A stretch of 64,000 nucleotides of DNA from Planctomycetota bacterium. GTDB lineage: Bacteria > Planctomycetota > UBA1135 > UBA2386. The stretch is from assembly GCA_965228735.1 (NCBI GenBank), contig OZ245838.1, forward strand, positions 4,864,001 through 4,928,000. Direction: 5' to 3'. The notes under the pieces were generated by a model. The model was not told the DNA's origin and did not search any database. It worked only from the letters and a program-made list of their open reading frames with translations. Position numbers and translations under genes: made by a program. Positions 46,612 through 55,854 of this stretch are shown here, in pieces (position 1 is the first letter of the stretch; each line of letters starts with the position of its first letter).

Positions 46612-47946
46612 CTACCGAACCTGATATTCGACCGCGCGCGTCTTGCCGTCGGTCACGTATTCGACGAGCAGCTTGCGCGGCAGGCCGGCCTTGACGAGCG
46701 CCGTCGTCGTCGCCAGCAGCATCTTGGCGTTGAGGATCGGCGCGCCGTTGATGCGCGTGATGACCGCGCCTTCGGGGATCGCGAGCGGCGCGAGGGATTC
46801 GGGCACGCGCGCGACGCGGAAGCCGCGCAACCACTGGCCGTCGTCCTGTTGCTTGCTGAAGTGGTCGCCGATCGACGAGTTCTTGAGTGCGGTGACGGCG
46901 GCGTCGACGATCGCGTCACGCTCGGGGCTCGGGAAGAGCACGATGAGCGTGTCGTTGAGGTTGCGGATCGGCGGGAACATCCGCTTGCCCGCGTCCTCGG
47001 CCCACTGCAGGAGCGCATCGGTATCGCCGTCGAGGGCGGGCGGCTCGCGCAGTTCGTTCCCGCCGATCGCGCGCAGCACCTCGACGCACTCGCGCCGGAC
47101 GTCCGCGTTGTCGGAGACGACGAGCTGCATGAGTCGCGGCAGCGCCGGTTCGAGCCAGGTGACGGCGAGGTCCTCGCGCAGCTCGAACACCTGCTTGAGG
47201 AACCACAGCGACTGGGCCTGGTCGATCGGCTCCTCGTTGAGCAGCTGGATGAACGGCCGGATCACGAGCTGATGCAGGTGATCGCTGTCGCGCGGCGCGC
47301 GCATGATGCCGGCGGTCTTGGCGGCCGGGCTGCCGGGTTCCGGCATGCTCGCGATGATCGCCTTCTGCTGGTCGACGCTGAGGTCGCCGAACTTCCGCCC
47401 GAGGTTGGCCTTGATGAACTCCGCCGCGCGCGGGAACGCTTCCTGGCGCGTCACCTGGATCGGCTCACCCGGAATGTGCGAGATCAGTTCGAAGATGTAG
47501 TCGACGCGGTCGCAGTAGAACATCGCGTAGAACGCGGTCCGACGGTCGTCGGCGTTCTTGCTCGTGCGCATCACCGAGGCGAGGTAGCCCGCGTCGATGC
47601 CGGCACCCTCGGCCTCGGACAGCAGGCGCCGCCAGGTCGGGTCGTCGAGCACTTCGCGGCCGCGGTCGTCGAACGACTTGCTGTAGATGTTGCGCGCCGA
47701 CATCGCGCGCATGCGGCGCAGGATCGAGAACAGGCGATCCGGCGGGGCGTAGACTTCCGACGGGGCGCGGAACGGGGTGAGCGCGTCCCGCTCGGGGTAG
47801 GCCACGTGCGGGACGGGATTCTGCGCGGCAGGCGCCCCGCCTTGGGGGGGACTAGCCTGGGGGGCCGTGCCTTGGGCGGTAGCGGCGCCCGCAAGGGCGC
47901 TCATGAACGCCATGGCGAGGCCAGGGAGGGAGAAACGGACCGACAT
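46612..47946 (-). CDS. Secreted hypothetical protein, helical repeats + C-terminal PDZ-like domain
   Basis: Signal peptide; GFRV...IPEGAVITRING. Confidence 0.72.
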   Translation of the reverse strand: MSVRFSLPGLAMAFMSALAGAATAQGTAPQASPPQGGAPAAQNPVPHVAYPERDALTPFRAPSEVYAPPDRLFSILRRMRAMSARNIYSKSFDDRGREVLDDPTWRRLLSEAEGAGIDAGYLASVMRTSKNADDRRTAFYAMFYCDRVDYIFELISHIPGEPIQVTRQEAFPRAAEFIKANLGRKFGDLSVDQQKAIIASMPEPGSPAAKTAGIMRAPRDSDHLHQLVIRPFIQLLNEEPIDQAQSLWFLKQVFELREDLAVTWLEPALPRLMQLVVSDNADVRRECVEVLRAIGGNELREPPALDGDTDALLQWAEDAGKRMFPPIRNLNDTLIVLFPSPERDAIVDAAVTALKNSSIGDHFSKQQDDGQWLRGFRVARVPESLAPLAIPEGAVITRINGAPILNAKMLLATTTALVKAGLPRKLLVEYVTDGKTRAVEYQVR

Positions 47947-48056
47947 GTGAGGTCTCTAGTCGCGTGGGGTCTGATACGTAACGCCGATGGACGCAGCGGG
48001 CGATCCGGGCGGGCGCGGGAGCCGGCGAACGGGGTTCCCGACCACGGGGACGGTGG

Positions 48057-48671
48057 TCAGGCGCGCCACCACAGGAAGGCCACCTGACTGAGACCGATGA
48101 GCGTGCCCAGAACTCCCCCGAGGATGACGATGGCGCGCAGTTCGCGCGCGGCGACGTCGAGGATGAGCCGTTCCAGCTTCTCGACGGCGAACGCCGCGAC
48201 CTTCTCCTCGACCATGCGCGGCACGTTGAGGCCGGCCTCGAGGCCGCTCTCGACGTGGTCCAGGACCTCGTCCTTGTGGGCTATGACGCCCTCGACGATG
48301 GCCTTGCGGATCTCCCCGACGCGCTCCTCCGTGAGGAAGCCGCCGATCAGCGGCAGGTTGCGCAGCTCTTCGACCTTGGGCCCGAGGCCCTTGTCGAGCA
48401 CGACCGAGAGGATGCCCTCGAAGTCGAGTTTGTTGAGCCCGCGCACGATGTCCTTGTGCTCCACGAGGTGGGTGCCGACGACCCGGCCGATCGCCTTGCT
48501 GAGCTCCTGCTGGCGGCGTGGCACGAGGCCGTGCAGCCGGAAGAACAGCAGTCGCTTGGGCTCGAGCGGGCGGAAGATCATCTTCACGGCCAGCCAGTTG
48601 GTCGAGAAGCCGATCAGGGCGCCGATCGCGGGGATCGTGATCCAGGTCCAGAGGTCGGGGGCTTGGGGCAT
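48057..48671 (-). CDS. DUF445 family membrane protein
   Basis: IGFSTNWLAVKMIFRP, GLVPRRQ, RELRAIVILGGVLG. Confidence 0.9.
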   Translation of the reverse strand: MPQAPDLWTWITIPAIGALIGFSTNWLAVKMIFRPLEPKRLLFFRLHGLVPRRQQELSKAIGRVVGTHLVEHKDIVRGLNKLDFEGILSVVLDKGLGPKVEELRNLPLIGGFLTEERVGEIRKAIVEGVIAHKDEVLDHVESGLEAGLNVPRMVEEKVAAFAVEKLERLILDVAARELRAIVILGGVLGTLIGLSQVAFLWWRA

Positions 48672-48804
48672 GGCCGAGGGCGGCTGAGTATGGCCGCGGG
48701 GCCGCGGGCGAGGGAACCGGAAAACTCTCGCGATGTCTGTCGATCCCTCGGCGGGCCGTTCGTCGTATCGTCGAAACCCGAAACCACGATTCCCCGAGGT
48801 AGCC

Positions 48805-49875
48805 ATGCTCTCGTTCCGACTCTCGTTCGCCGCCGCTCTCGCCCTGACGGCGCTCTCTCCGCTCGTTCACGCCCAAGACGAGCACGGCATGCCGACGCCG
48901 GCGCCCGAGCTGCAGAAGTTCGCGCCGCTGATCGGCAGCTGGACCGGCAAGGGCACGTTCAACGAACCCGCGACCGGCGAGCACGGCTGGACCGCGCAGG
49001 GCACGTATCGCTGGAGCCACAACAAGTTCTGGGTCGAGGAGAACTTCAAGATCGAGTTCGAAGGCCAGGACACGCCGATGGTGTTCCGCGCCTACCTCGG
49101 CTGGGACGCCGAGACGAAGCGCTTCGTCAACATGCACGCGAGCAACAACGGCGACGTCGGGCGTGACGAGATGACGTTCACGCCGGACGGCGCGATGCTG
49201 ATGCTCGCGACGCGCACGATGGGCGGCATGACGTTCTGTGAGCGCGCGACCACCAAGGTGGACGGCGACACGATGTCGATGAAGATCGACTTCCTCATGG
49301 CGGCCGGACCGTCGATGCGCGTCGTCGAGGGCGAGTTCAAGCGCACCGACGCCGCCGTCGCCGACGTGCTCGCGACCGGCGCCTACCAGACGCAGCCGAC
49401 CGAGCAGATGAAGCAGCTCGGTCGTTCGGCCGGCGTCTACGGCGTGGAGGGCGCGATGATCTGGCAGCCCGGCATGCCCGAGATGAAGATCCACGGCACG
49501 GATACGTTCCAGGCCGTGTTCGGTAACACGGTGCTGCACGGCCACACGAGCGGCGGTTCCGACATGAGCGACGACGAGTACGTCTCGGACGTGTTCTGGG
49601 GCTGGAACGCGACGGACAACTGCTATCGCGGCGTCTACGTGAGCAACGCCGGCGAGAGCGGTGAGATGGAGGCGCGCTGGTCGGCTGACGGCAAGGTGCT
49701 CGTGCAGACGGCGAGCGGAACCAACCAGGGGCAGCCGATCGTGCAGCGCTTCCTGCTCCACGTCGCCGCGGACGGCAGCTTCCAGAAGGCCGTCGGGCAC
49801 TCGATCATCGGCACCGGCGAGCCGCTGCAGACGTTCGAGGCGACCTACAGCAAGAAGGACAAGAAGTCCGACTGA
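48805..49875 (+). CDS. Secreted protein with two DUF1579-like beta-barrel domains
   Basis: Signal peptide; internal duplication (PELQKFAPLIGSW / TEQMKQLGRSAGVY; LGWDA / WGWNA). Confidence 0.75.
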   Translation: MLSFRLSFAAALALTALSPLVHAQDEHGMPTPAPELQKFAPLIGSWTGKGTFNEPATGEHGWTAQGTYRWSHNKFWVEENFKIEFEGQDTPMVFRAYLGWDAETKRFVNMHASNNGDVGRDEMTFTPDGAMLMLATRTMGGMTFCERATTKVDGDTMSMKIDFLMAAGPSMRVVEGEFKRTDAAVADVLATGAYQTQPTEQMKQLGRSAGVYGVEGAMIWQPGMPEMKIHGTDTFQAVFGNTVLHGHTSGGSDMSDDEYVSDVFWGWNATDNCYRGVYVSNAGESGEMEARWSADGKVLVQTASGTNQGQPIVQRFLLHVAADGSFQKAVGHSIIGTGEPLQTFEATYSKKDKKSD

Positions 49876-49909
49876 GGCGGCCGATGGGCGCGGCGGGCGT
49901 GCTGCGGGT

Positions 49910-50704
49910 TCAGTTCACCTGCACGTTGCCGGCCGCGGCTTCGACCTTGAAGACAGCGGTGCTGTTGCCGGCGTTGCCGACGGTGCCGCGGGCCGAGGCG
50001 GCGGTCACCGACCGTTCGGTCGCGATCCCGAAGCGCTCGTCGACCGACACGTTGCCGACCGCGGTGCTGAGGTCGAACCGGCCGGCCACCGACTTCGGCA
50101 GGTGCAGCGCGACGTTCCCCGCGGCGCACGTCACGTCGCACCCCTGCGGGCCGGACTCCGCGACCCGCAGCGTGACGATGCCGGCCGACGCGTTGGCGCG
50201 GAAGGCGCCCGCGAGCTTGGCCACCGTGACGTCGATGTTGCCGGCCGCGTTGGTGACGTCGATGTCGCCGGTCGCCGGCAACGCGACGGTCACCTCGCCG
50301 GCTGCCTGCTCGATCGAGAGCGCCACGCCGGCGGGGATCTGCACGTCGAACCGGAGCTGCCAGTCGTTCCGGTCGGCGGCGTCGGCGTGCCTGCTGCGGA
50401 TCACGAGCTCCGCGCCATTGCGGGCGACGTCGACGTGGTCGTCGAACCGTGCCGAGAAGTCGGTCTCCGGTCGGTCCTGTTCGAGCAACACCTCGGAGAC
50501 GACCCTGGCGGATCCGGCCCCGGCCTCGCTCACCCGGATGAGACCGGATGGGTTCTCGATCCGGACGTGGCGGATCGTGCCCGCGTCGGCGAGCGGCGCG
50601 TCGACCTTGCCGACGACGCGGTAATTCCCGCCGCCGTGGAACGTGCAGGCAGTGACGGTGGCGATGGCGACGAGGGTCGTGATGGCCGAGAGCGGGTGGC
50701 GCAT
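49910..50704 (-). CDS. DUF4097 / adhesin beta-strand repeat lipoprotein
   Basis: VTAC lipobox; repeated xAGxVxL units. Confidence 0.8.
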   Translation of the reverse strand: MRHPLSAITTLVAIATVTACTFHGGGNYRVVGKVDAPLADAGTIRHVRIENPSGLIRVSEAGAGSARVVSEVLLEQDRPETDFSARFDDHVDVARNGAELVIRSRHADAADRNDWQLRFDVQIPAGVALSIEQAAGEVTVALPATGDIDVTNAAGNIDVTVAKLAGAFRANASAGIVTLRVAESGPQGCDVTCAAGNVALHLPKSVAGRFDLSTAVGNVSVDERFGIATERSVTAASARGTVGNAGNSTAVFKVEAAAGNVQVN

Positions 50705-50756
50705 GCCCGCAGGATAGCGCGTCGCGGCCGGCATCGCTCTCCGGCATGATGCCGGA

Positions 50757-51785
50757 ATGACCGAACGGGACTACCGCATCGTCGCCATCGACTCGCACAC
50801 GGCGGGCGAGCCGACCCGCATCGTGACGGGGGGGCTGCCCGAGCTGCGGGGCAAGACGATGGCGGAGCGGCGGGCCGAATTGCTCGCGGAGCACGACGAG
50901 ATCCGGCGCGGGATCGTGCTCGAGCCGCGGGGGCACGATGCGATCGTCACCGCGTTCTTGATGGAGCCGTGCACCGAGGGCGCGGACCTCGGCGTCGTGT
51001 TCGCCAACGACGCGGGCTACCTCGGCATGTGCGGCCACGGCGCGATCGGCGTCGCGACGGTCGCGGTCACGACGGGCACCGTCGCGGCGACCGAGCCCGA
51101 GACGACCGTCACGCTCGACACGCCGGTCGGGCTCGTGCGCTGCCGCGTCCGGGTCGAAGGCGGCAAGGTGCGCACCGTCGCGATCACGAACGTCCCGTCG
51201 TTTCTCTACAAGCAGCGCGTCGTCGTGCCGCTGCACGGCGCGACGGACACCAAGGTCGCGGTCGACATCGGCTACGGCGGCAACTGGTTCGGCTTCGTCG
51301 AGGCCGATCAACTCGGACTCACGGTCGAGAAGGGCCAACTGCGGCCGCTGCTCGACGCCGCGATGGCCGTGCGCGAGGGGCTGATCGCGGCGGGCGTGCG
51401 CGGGCGCCATCCCGACGGGGACGCGGACGAGATCGTCGATCACATCAAACTGTTCAGCGATCTGCCGGCCGGCAGCGGTGAGGCTGATGGCGGCGGTGGC
51501 TCACGCGCGCTCACATTGTGCCCGGGCACGGCCTACGACCGTTCACCGTGCGGCACCGGCACGTCGGCCAAGCTCGCGGTGCTGCACGCCAAGGGCGAAC
51601 TCGCAGTGGGCGAGTGGTTCGTCTCGGAGAGCGTGCTCGGCACCCGCTTCCGTGCCCGCATTCTCGAGGAGACCAAGGTCGGCGACTACCTCGCGATCGT
51701 CCCCGAGATCGAAGGCTCGGCCTGGATCACCGGCTTCCAGAACTTCCACTTCGACCCCGACGACCCGCTCCGCTTCGGACTCTGA
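50757..51785 (+). CDS. Proline racemase / 4-hydroxyproline epimerase family
   Basis: DSHTAGEPTR, EPRGH, MCGH, YGGN, DRSPCGTGTSA (both catalytic Cys present). Confidence 0.93.
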   Translation: MTERDYRIVAIDSHTAGEPTRIVTGGLPELRGKTMAERRAELLAEHDEIRRGIVLEPRGHDAIVTAFLMEPCTEGADLGVVFANDAGYLGMCGHGAIGVATVAVTTGTVAATEPETTVTLDTPVGLVRCRVRVEGGKVRTVAITNVPSFLYKQRVVVPLHGATDTKVAVDIGYGGNWFGFVEADQLGLTVEKGQLRPLLDAAMAVREGLIAAGVRGRHPDGDADEIVDHIKLFSDLPAGSGEADGGGGSRALTLCPGTAYDRSPCGTGTSAKLAVLHAKGELAVGEWFVSESVLGTRFRARILEETKVGDYLAIVPEIEGSAWITGFQNFHFDPDDPLRFGL

Positions 51786-51787
51786 CC

Positions 51788-51892
51788 GCGATACCGTACG
51801 GAACCAGGTTCATGCTGCCGGCCGCGGTTGCGCTGCTTCGAGGGCGGCGTTCCGGCGGCCGGCAGCATGAACCTGGTTCCGTACGGTATCGC
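51788..51892. repeat. 38-bp perfect inverted repeat (REPIN-like) filling a convergent intergenic gap
   Basis: 51788-51825 is the exact reverse complement of 51855-51892; 29-bp spacer. Confidence 0.92.
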
Positions 51893-52255
51893 TCACCCCC
51901 AGCTGTCCGTCGGGCCGAGGCGGGTGAGCAGCGAGCCGCCGACGTGGCCGCTGACGACTCCGAGGGCCGACAGGCCGGCGATCGCGCTCATCGCGGCGTC
52001 GTTCGGCCAGAGCATGAGGTGGTGGGTCAGCAGGTAGACCAGGCCGATGAACAGGAGTTCACAGACCTGGGACACGAGGCCGTGGCGCCAGCTCGTGAGG
52101 ATCTTCAGCGCCTGCCCGAGCAGGTCGCCCGCGAGCACGCCGGTGAGGAGTGCCCGACCGAAGTCGTAGTTGTCGGCGATCGCGAAGAGGACGAGGTAGC
52201 CGGCGGCGCGCAGGACGAGCCCGCCGTAATGGAACGCGGCCTCGACGTGGTCCAT
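51893..52255 (-). CDS. Hypothetical 4-TM membrane protein
   Basis: Four hydrophobic segments; GC3 bias. Confidence 0.65.
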   Translation of the reverse strand: MDHVEAAFHYGGLVLRAAGYLVLFAIADNYDFGRALLTGVLAGDLLGQALKILTSWRHGLVSQVCELLFIGLVYLLTHHLMLWPNDAAMSAIAGLSALGVVSGHVGGSLLTRLGPTDSWG

Positions 52256-52338
52256 CTCGCTGGTGCGATCGAGCGAAGTCACGGATGGGACATCGACGCG
52301 GTGTCCCGGGCCGTGAAGTCGGATATGGTCCTGTCTCG

Positions 52339-53145
52339 ATGCGAGGCACACTGGTCCTGGTCACGCTGCTCTCGGGCTGCATCGGGTTTCACCCGCGCAA
52401 CCCATCCTGGCGGGAGGCGAAGTCCGACGCGGCGGCCGGATCGGCCGCTGCCGCGGGCGGTTCGGGGGCGGCAGATGCGGCAGCCGCCGCGCCGTTCGAG
52501 CCCGATTGGCGCACGATCGGCTACAGCCGTGACAAGCGCCCGCTGCGGCTCGCCCGGCTCGGCAACGGCCCGCGCGTCGTGCTCTGGGTCGGCGGCATCC
52601 ACGGCAACGAACGCGAGGGTCGCATCAGCACGAAGGAACTGCCCGAGACGTTCCTCGAGGTGGCCGGCGCGCCCGACGAGGTGACGCTGCTCATCCTCGA
52701 GGACCTCAACCCCGATGGCACGGCGCGCAACACGCGCGGCAACGCGCGCGGTGTCGACCTCAACCGCAACTACCCCGCGGAGAACTTCAAGCCGAGCCGG
52801 TTCTACGGCTTCGAGCCGCTCGACCAGCCCGAGGCGCGCGTCATGCACGATCTCGTGCTGCGTGAGCGCCCGGACCTCGTCATCGTCGCGCACAGCTGGC
52901 GCAACGACCACTTCATCAACTACGACGGGCCGGCGCGCCACCTCGCCGAACGGTTCTCGCAACTGTCCGGCTACCGCGTCAAGGCGTCGGACACGTTCTC
53001 GCCGACGCCGGGCTCGCTCGGCTCGTGGATCGGCAACACGCTTCAGATCCCGATCCTGACGCTCGAGTACGAGCGCGGCAAGGACCCGTGGGTCGCCTGG
53101 AACGAGACGCGTGACGCGATCCTGTCGGTGATCCGCACCGGGTAG
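52339..53145 (+). CDS. M14 zinc carboxypeptidase, MpaA (murein peptide amidase)-like lipoprotein
   Basis: LLSGC lipobox; GIHGNE, NPDG, NARGVDLNRNY, QPE, AHS, TPGSLG, TLE. Confidence 0.85.
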   Translation: MRGTLVLVTLLSGCIGFHPRNPSWREAKSDAAAGSAAAAGGSGAADAAAAAPFEPDWRTIGYSRDKRPLRLARLGNGPRVVLWVGGIHGNEREGRISTKELPETFLEVAGAPDEVTLLILEDLNPDGTARNTRGNARGVDLNRNYPAENFKPSRFYGFEPLDQPEARVMHDLVLRERPDLVIVAHSWRNDHFINYDGPARHLAERFSQLSGYRVKASDTFSPTPGSLGSWIGNTLQIPILTLEYERGKDPWVAWNETRDAILSVIRTG

Positions 53146-53148
53146 CCG

Positions 53149-54165
53149 ATGCTGCGCTGGCTCGTGCTGCGCCTGCTGTGGGTGCCGGTGACGCTGCTCG
53201 GCATCACGTTCGTCACGTTCGCAGCGCTGCACTTCGCGCCCGTCGATCGCGCGGAGCTCGAGGTCGCCCGGCGCGAACAGAACAGCTCGTTCTCCAACCT
53301 GCAGGACCGCGAACGCGCGATCCAGCTGCTGCGCCTGCAGCACGGTCTCGTCGATCCGGACACGCTCGAACCCGTGCCGCTGTGGCGCGGCTACTCGCGC
53401 TGGCTCGGGAACGCGCTCACGATGCGCTTCGCCGGCCCCGGCACGAGCGACGCGGCGTTCTGGCAACGGTTCGGTCGCGCCTTGCCGGTCTCGCTCTGGC
53501 TCGGCGGCCTCGCGCTCCTGCTCGCGGTGCTCGTCGGCGTGCCCCTTGGCGCGTATGTCGGCATGCGCGCCGGCTCGGGCGCGGACCGCGCGGCTTCGCA
53601 GCTGATGTTCGTCGTCATCGGCCTGCCGGAGTTCCTGCTCGCGACGCTGTTGCTGCTCGGCTTCGCCGGCGCGTGGCTCTCGTGGTTCCCGTCGACCGGT
53701 CTCACGTCATCGGGCGCGGCCGACTGGTCGTTCGGCGCCCGGCTGGCCGACTTCGCCTGGCACCTCGTCCTGCCGGTGCTCGTGATGGCGAGCAGCCCGC
53801 TCGTTCTGATCGCGCGCTTCCTGCGCGACTCGGTCGCGCGCGAAGCGGCGAGCTCGGCGGCCGTGTACGCGCGGGCGATCGGGCTCGAGCCGGCGGTGCG
53901 CCGCTGGCGCCTCGTGCGCGCGGGTGGCGCGCCGCTCGCGACGCTCGCCGGCACGCTGCTGCCGATGCTGGTCGGCGGTTCGATCGTCGTCGAGAACCTG
54001 TTCGCGCTCGACGGTCTCGGTCACCTCGCGTTCGAAGCCGTCGAGGACCAGGACCAGGGCATGGTCATGGCGCTCGTTCTGCTGACGTCGACGACGACGC
54101 TCGTCGCGCTCGTCGTCTCGGACGTGCTGCACCGGCTCGTCGACCCGCGCGTGAGGGTGGCGTGA
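53149..54165 (+). CDS. Peptide ABC transporter permease (OppB/DppB)
   Basis: TLLGITFVTF, HLVLPV, ARAIGL, GSIVVENLF, DPRV. Confidence 0.9.
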   Translation: MLRWLVLRLLWVPVTLLGITFVTFAALHFAPVDRAELEVARREQNSSFSNLQDRERAIQLLRLQHGLVDPDTLEPVPLWRGYSRWLGNALTMRFAGPGTSDAAFWQRFGRALPVSLWLGGLALLLAVLVGVPLGAYVGMRAGSGADRAASQLMFVVIGLPEFLLATLLLLGFAGAWLSWFPSTGLTSSGAADWSFGARLADFAWHLVLPVLVMASSPLVLIARFLRDSVAREAASSAAVYARAIGLEPAVRRWRLVRAGGAPLATLAGTLLPMLVGGSIVVENLFALDGLGHLAFEAVEDQDQGMVMALVLLTSTTTLVALVVSDVLHRLVDPRVRVA

Positions 54166-55148
54166 CGTCGTCCGGGAACGAACGGCGACGCTGCCGATGG
54201 CTGCGCGCGTTTCGCCGCCCGGTCGTTTGGTTCGCGACCATCTTCATCGTCGTGGGCGCGCTCGCGCCGTTCCTCGCGAACGACGTGCCGCTCATCGCGC
54301 GCGTGGACGGAGAGTGGTCGGCGCCCGCGTTCGTCGACAGCGTCGGCGGCGTCGTGCCTGGCCCGCACGACCTGTCGTGGAAGCAGTTCTGGTCCCGGCT
54401 CGGCCCCGAGTCCGAAGACCTCGCGTGGATGCCGCCGTGGCCGTATGGCCCGACCGAGACGGACGTGAGCCGCCAGGGCTCGGCACCGTCGCTGTCCCAT
54501 CCCTTCGGTTGTGACTCCGCGGGTCGCGACATACTCGCCCGACTCGTGCACGGCACGCAGAGCGCCGTGTTCCTCGGCGGCCTCGCCGTCCTGCTCGCCG
54601 CGTTCGTCGGCATCACCCTCGGCGGCCTCGCGGGCTACCGCCGCGGCATCGTCGACGTCGTCGTGTTGCGCCTCATCGAGGTGTTCGTCTGCTTCCCCGC
54701 GCTTTTGTTCCTGCTGTTCGCGTCGTCGTTCTTCGGCGACTCGACGACCGGACTCGTGCTCGTCATGGCCGCGCTGTTCTGGCCCAGCTTCGCCCGCATC
54801 GTGCGCGGCGAACTGCTCTCGCTGCGCGAGCGTGATTTCGTGCTCGTCGCGCGCGGCCTCGGTGTCCCCGAGCACCGCATCCTCTGGCGGCACCTCCTGC
54901 CGCAGCTGCTCGGCCAGATCGGCGTCACCGCCGCGTTCTGCATGGCCGCCGCGATCGTCGCGGAGTCGACGCTCTCGTTCCTCGGCCTCGGCTCGACGCG
55001 AGCGGTCGCGTCGTGGGGCGACATGCTGCAGGAAGGCAGCGGTGCGGCCCACCTCGGCGGCTGGCACCAGTGGTTCTTCCCGGCGTTGACGATCGTGACG
55101 GCGGTGACGACGTGTCATGTGCTGGCGGATCGGCTGCGGCGCGCCTGA
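54162..55148 (+). CDS. Peptide ABC transporter permease (OppC/DppC)
   Basis: HPFGCDSAGRDILAR, ARIVRGE, AESTLSFLGLG, SWG; GTGA overlap. Confidence 0.9.
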   Translation: MTSSGNERRRCRWLRAFRRPVVWFATIFIVVGALAPFLANDVPLIARVDGEWSAPAFVDSVGGVVPGPHDLSWKQFWSRLGPESEDLAWMPPWPYGPTETDVSRQGSAPSLSHPFGCDSAGRDILARLVHGTQSAVFLGGLAVLLAAFVGITLGGLAGYRRGIVDVVVLRLIEVFVCFPALLFLLFASSFFGDSTTGLVLVMAALFWPSFARIVRGELLSLRERDFVLVARGLGVPEHRILWRHLLPQLLGQIGVTAAFCMAAAIVAESTLSFLGLGSTRAVASWGDMLQEGSGAAHLGGWHQWFFPALTIVTAVTTCHVLADRLRRA

Positions 55149-55164
55149 ATCGCACGGTCACAAG

Positions 55165-55254
55165 GTGTATCGCAAGGCGATTCATCGCGCATGCGACCGG
55201 GCCGGGGTGCCGCGCTGGTCGCTGCATCGGCTGCGCCATGCCGCCGGCACGCGA
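55165..55254 (+). pseudogene. Tyrosine recombinase/integrase relic
   Basis: VYRKAIHRACDRAGVPRWSLHRLRHAAGTR contains the HxLRH catalytic box; the rest of the gene is absent. Confidence 0.72.
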
Positions 55255-55854
55255 GGCACCACAAAGAGCCCCAGGCCGGGGCCGATTCCCGGCCATGGTG
55301 ATATGTCCCGTTCTCCCAACGGCTCTGGACACTCGTCCGGTCCGGGTTAGCGTCCCGATCGTGCGGCAACTCTTCTCGAACGCCAACCTCGTCACCATGC
55401 CGCAATGGGGTGACACCTTCACTTGATCGACCGGAGCCTCGTTGGCGGTAGCACGGTCGTGCAGCATCTACACCTGAGTGCAGATTGCAGAGCGTGGCGT
55501 CCGTCGACGAAGTCGACCCAAGACACCACCCGATGGAAGATCCACACCTGACCGGCGCAGCAGCCGTTACCGGTAGAGTCGCTGCCCGCATCGCCGGAAC
55601 CGTGCGGCCCCGAAGAGCCCGGCCCCGAAGAGTCAGGCGCGCAGCGATCACGCCATGGCAGCGACTCGGCGGCACTGCACGGAGTACCCCGACTGGATCC
55701 TGCCGCCCTGGGCCGGGCTCGGCGACTCCCACCCCCGACACACGCTGGCAGAACGACGGCATGTAGCCCCGCGTCTGCCGCGCCATCAAGTCGTTCGTGT
55801 GCGGACTGCGCGCGAGCGAAGCCCACTCCCTTCTCCTCCTCGCTACGACCGAAG

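Noticed and set aside
55746..55761. Sigma54-like TGGCAG-N5-CGGC upstream of the porin
   Set aside because: The -12 element is poor, and GG-N10-GC is common at this GC content.
55485..55766. 93-aa ORF in the large gap
   Set aside because: Arg/Pro-rich composition, weak codon bias and no motif.
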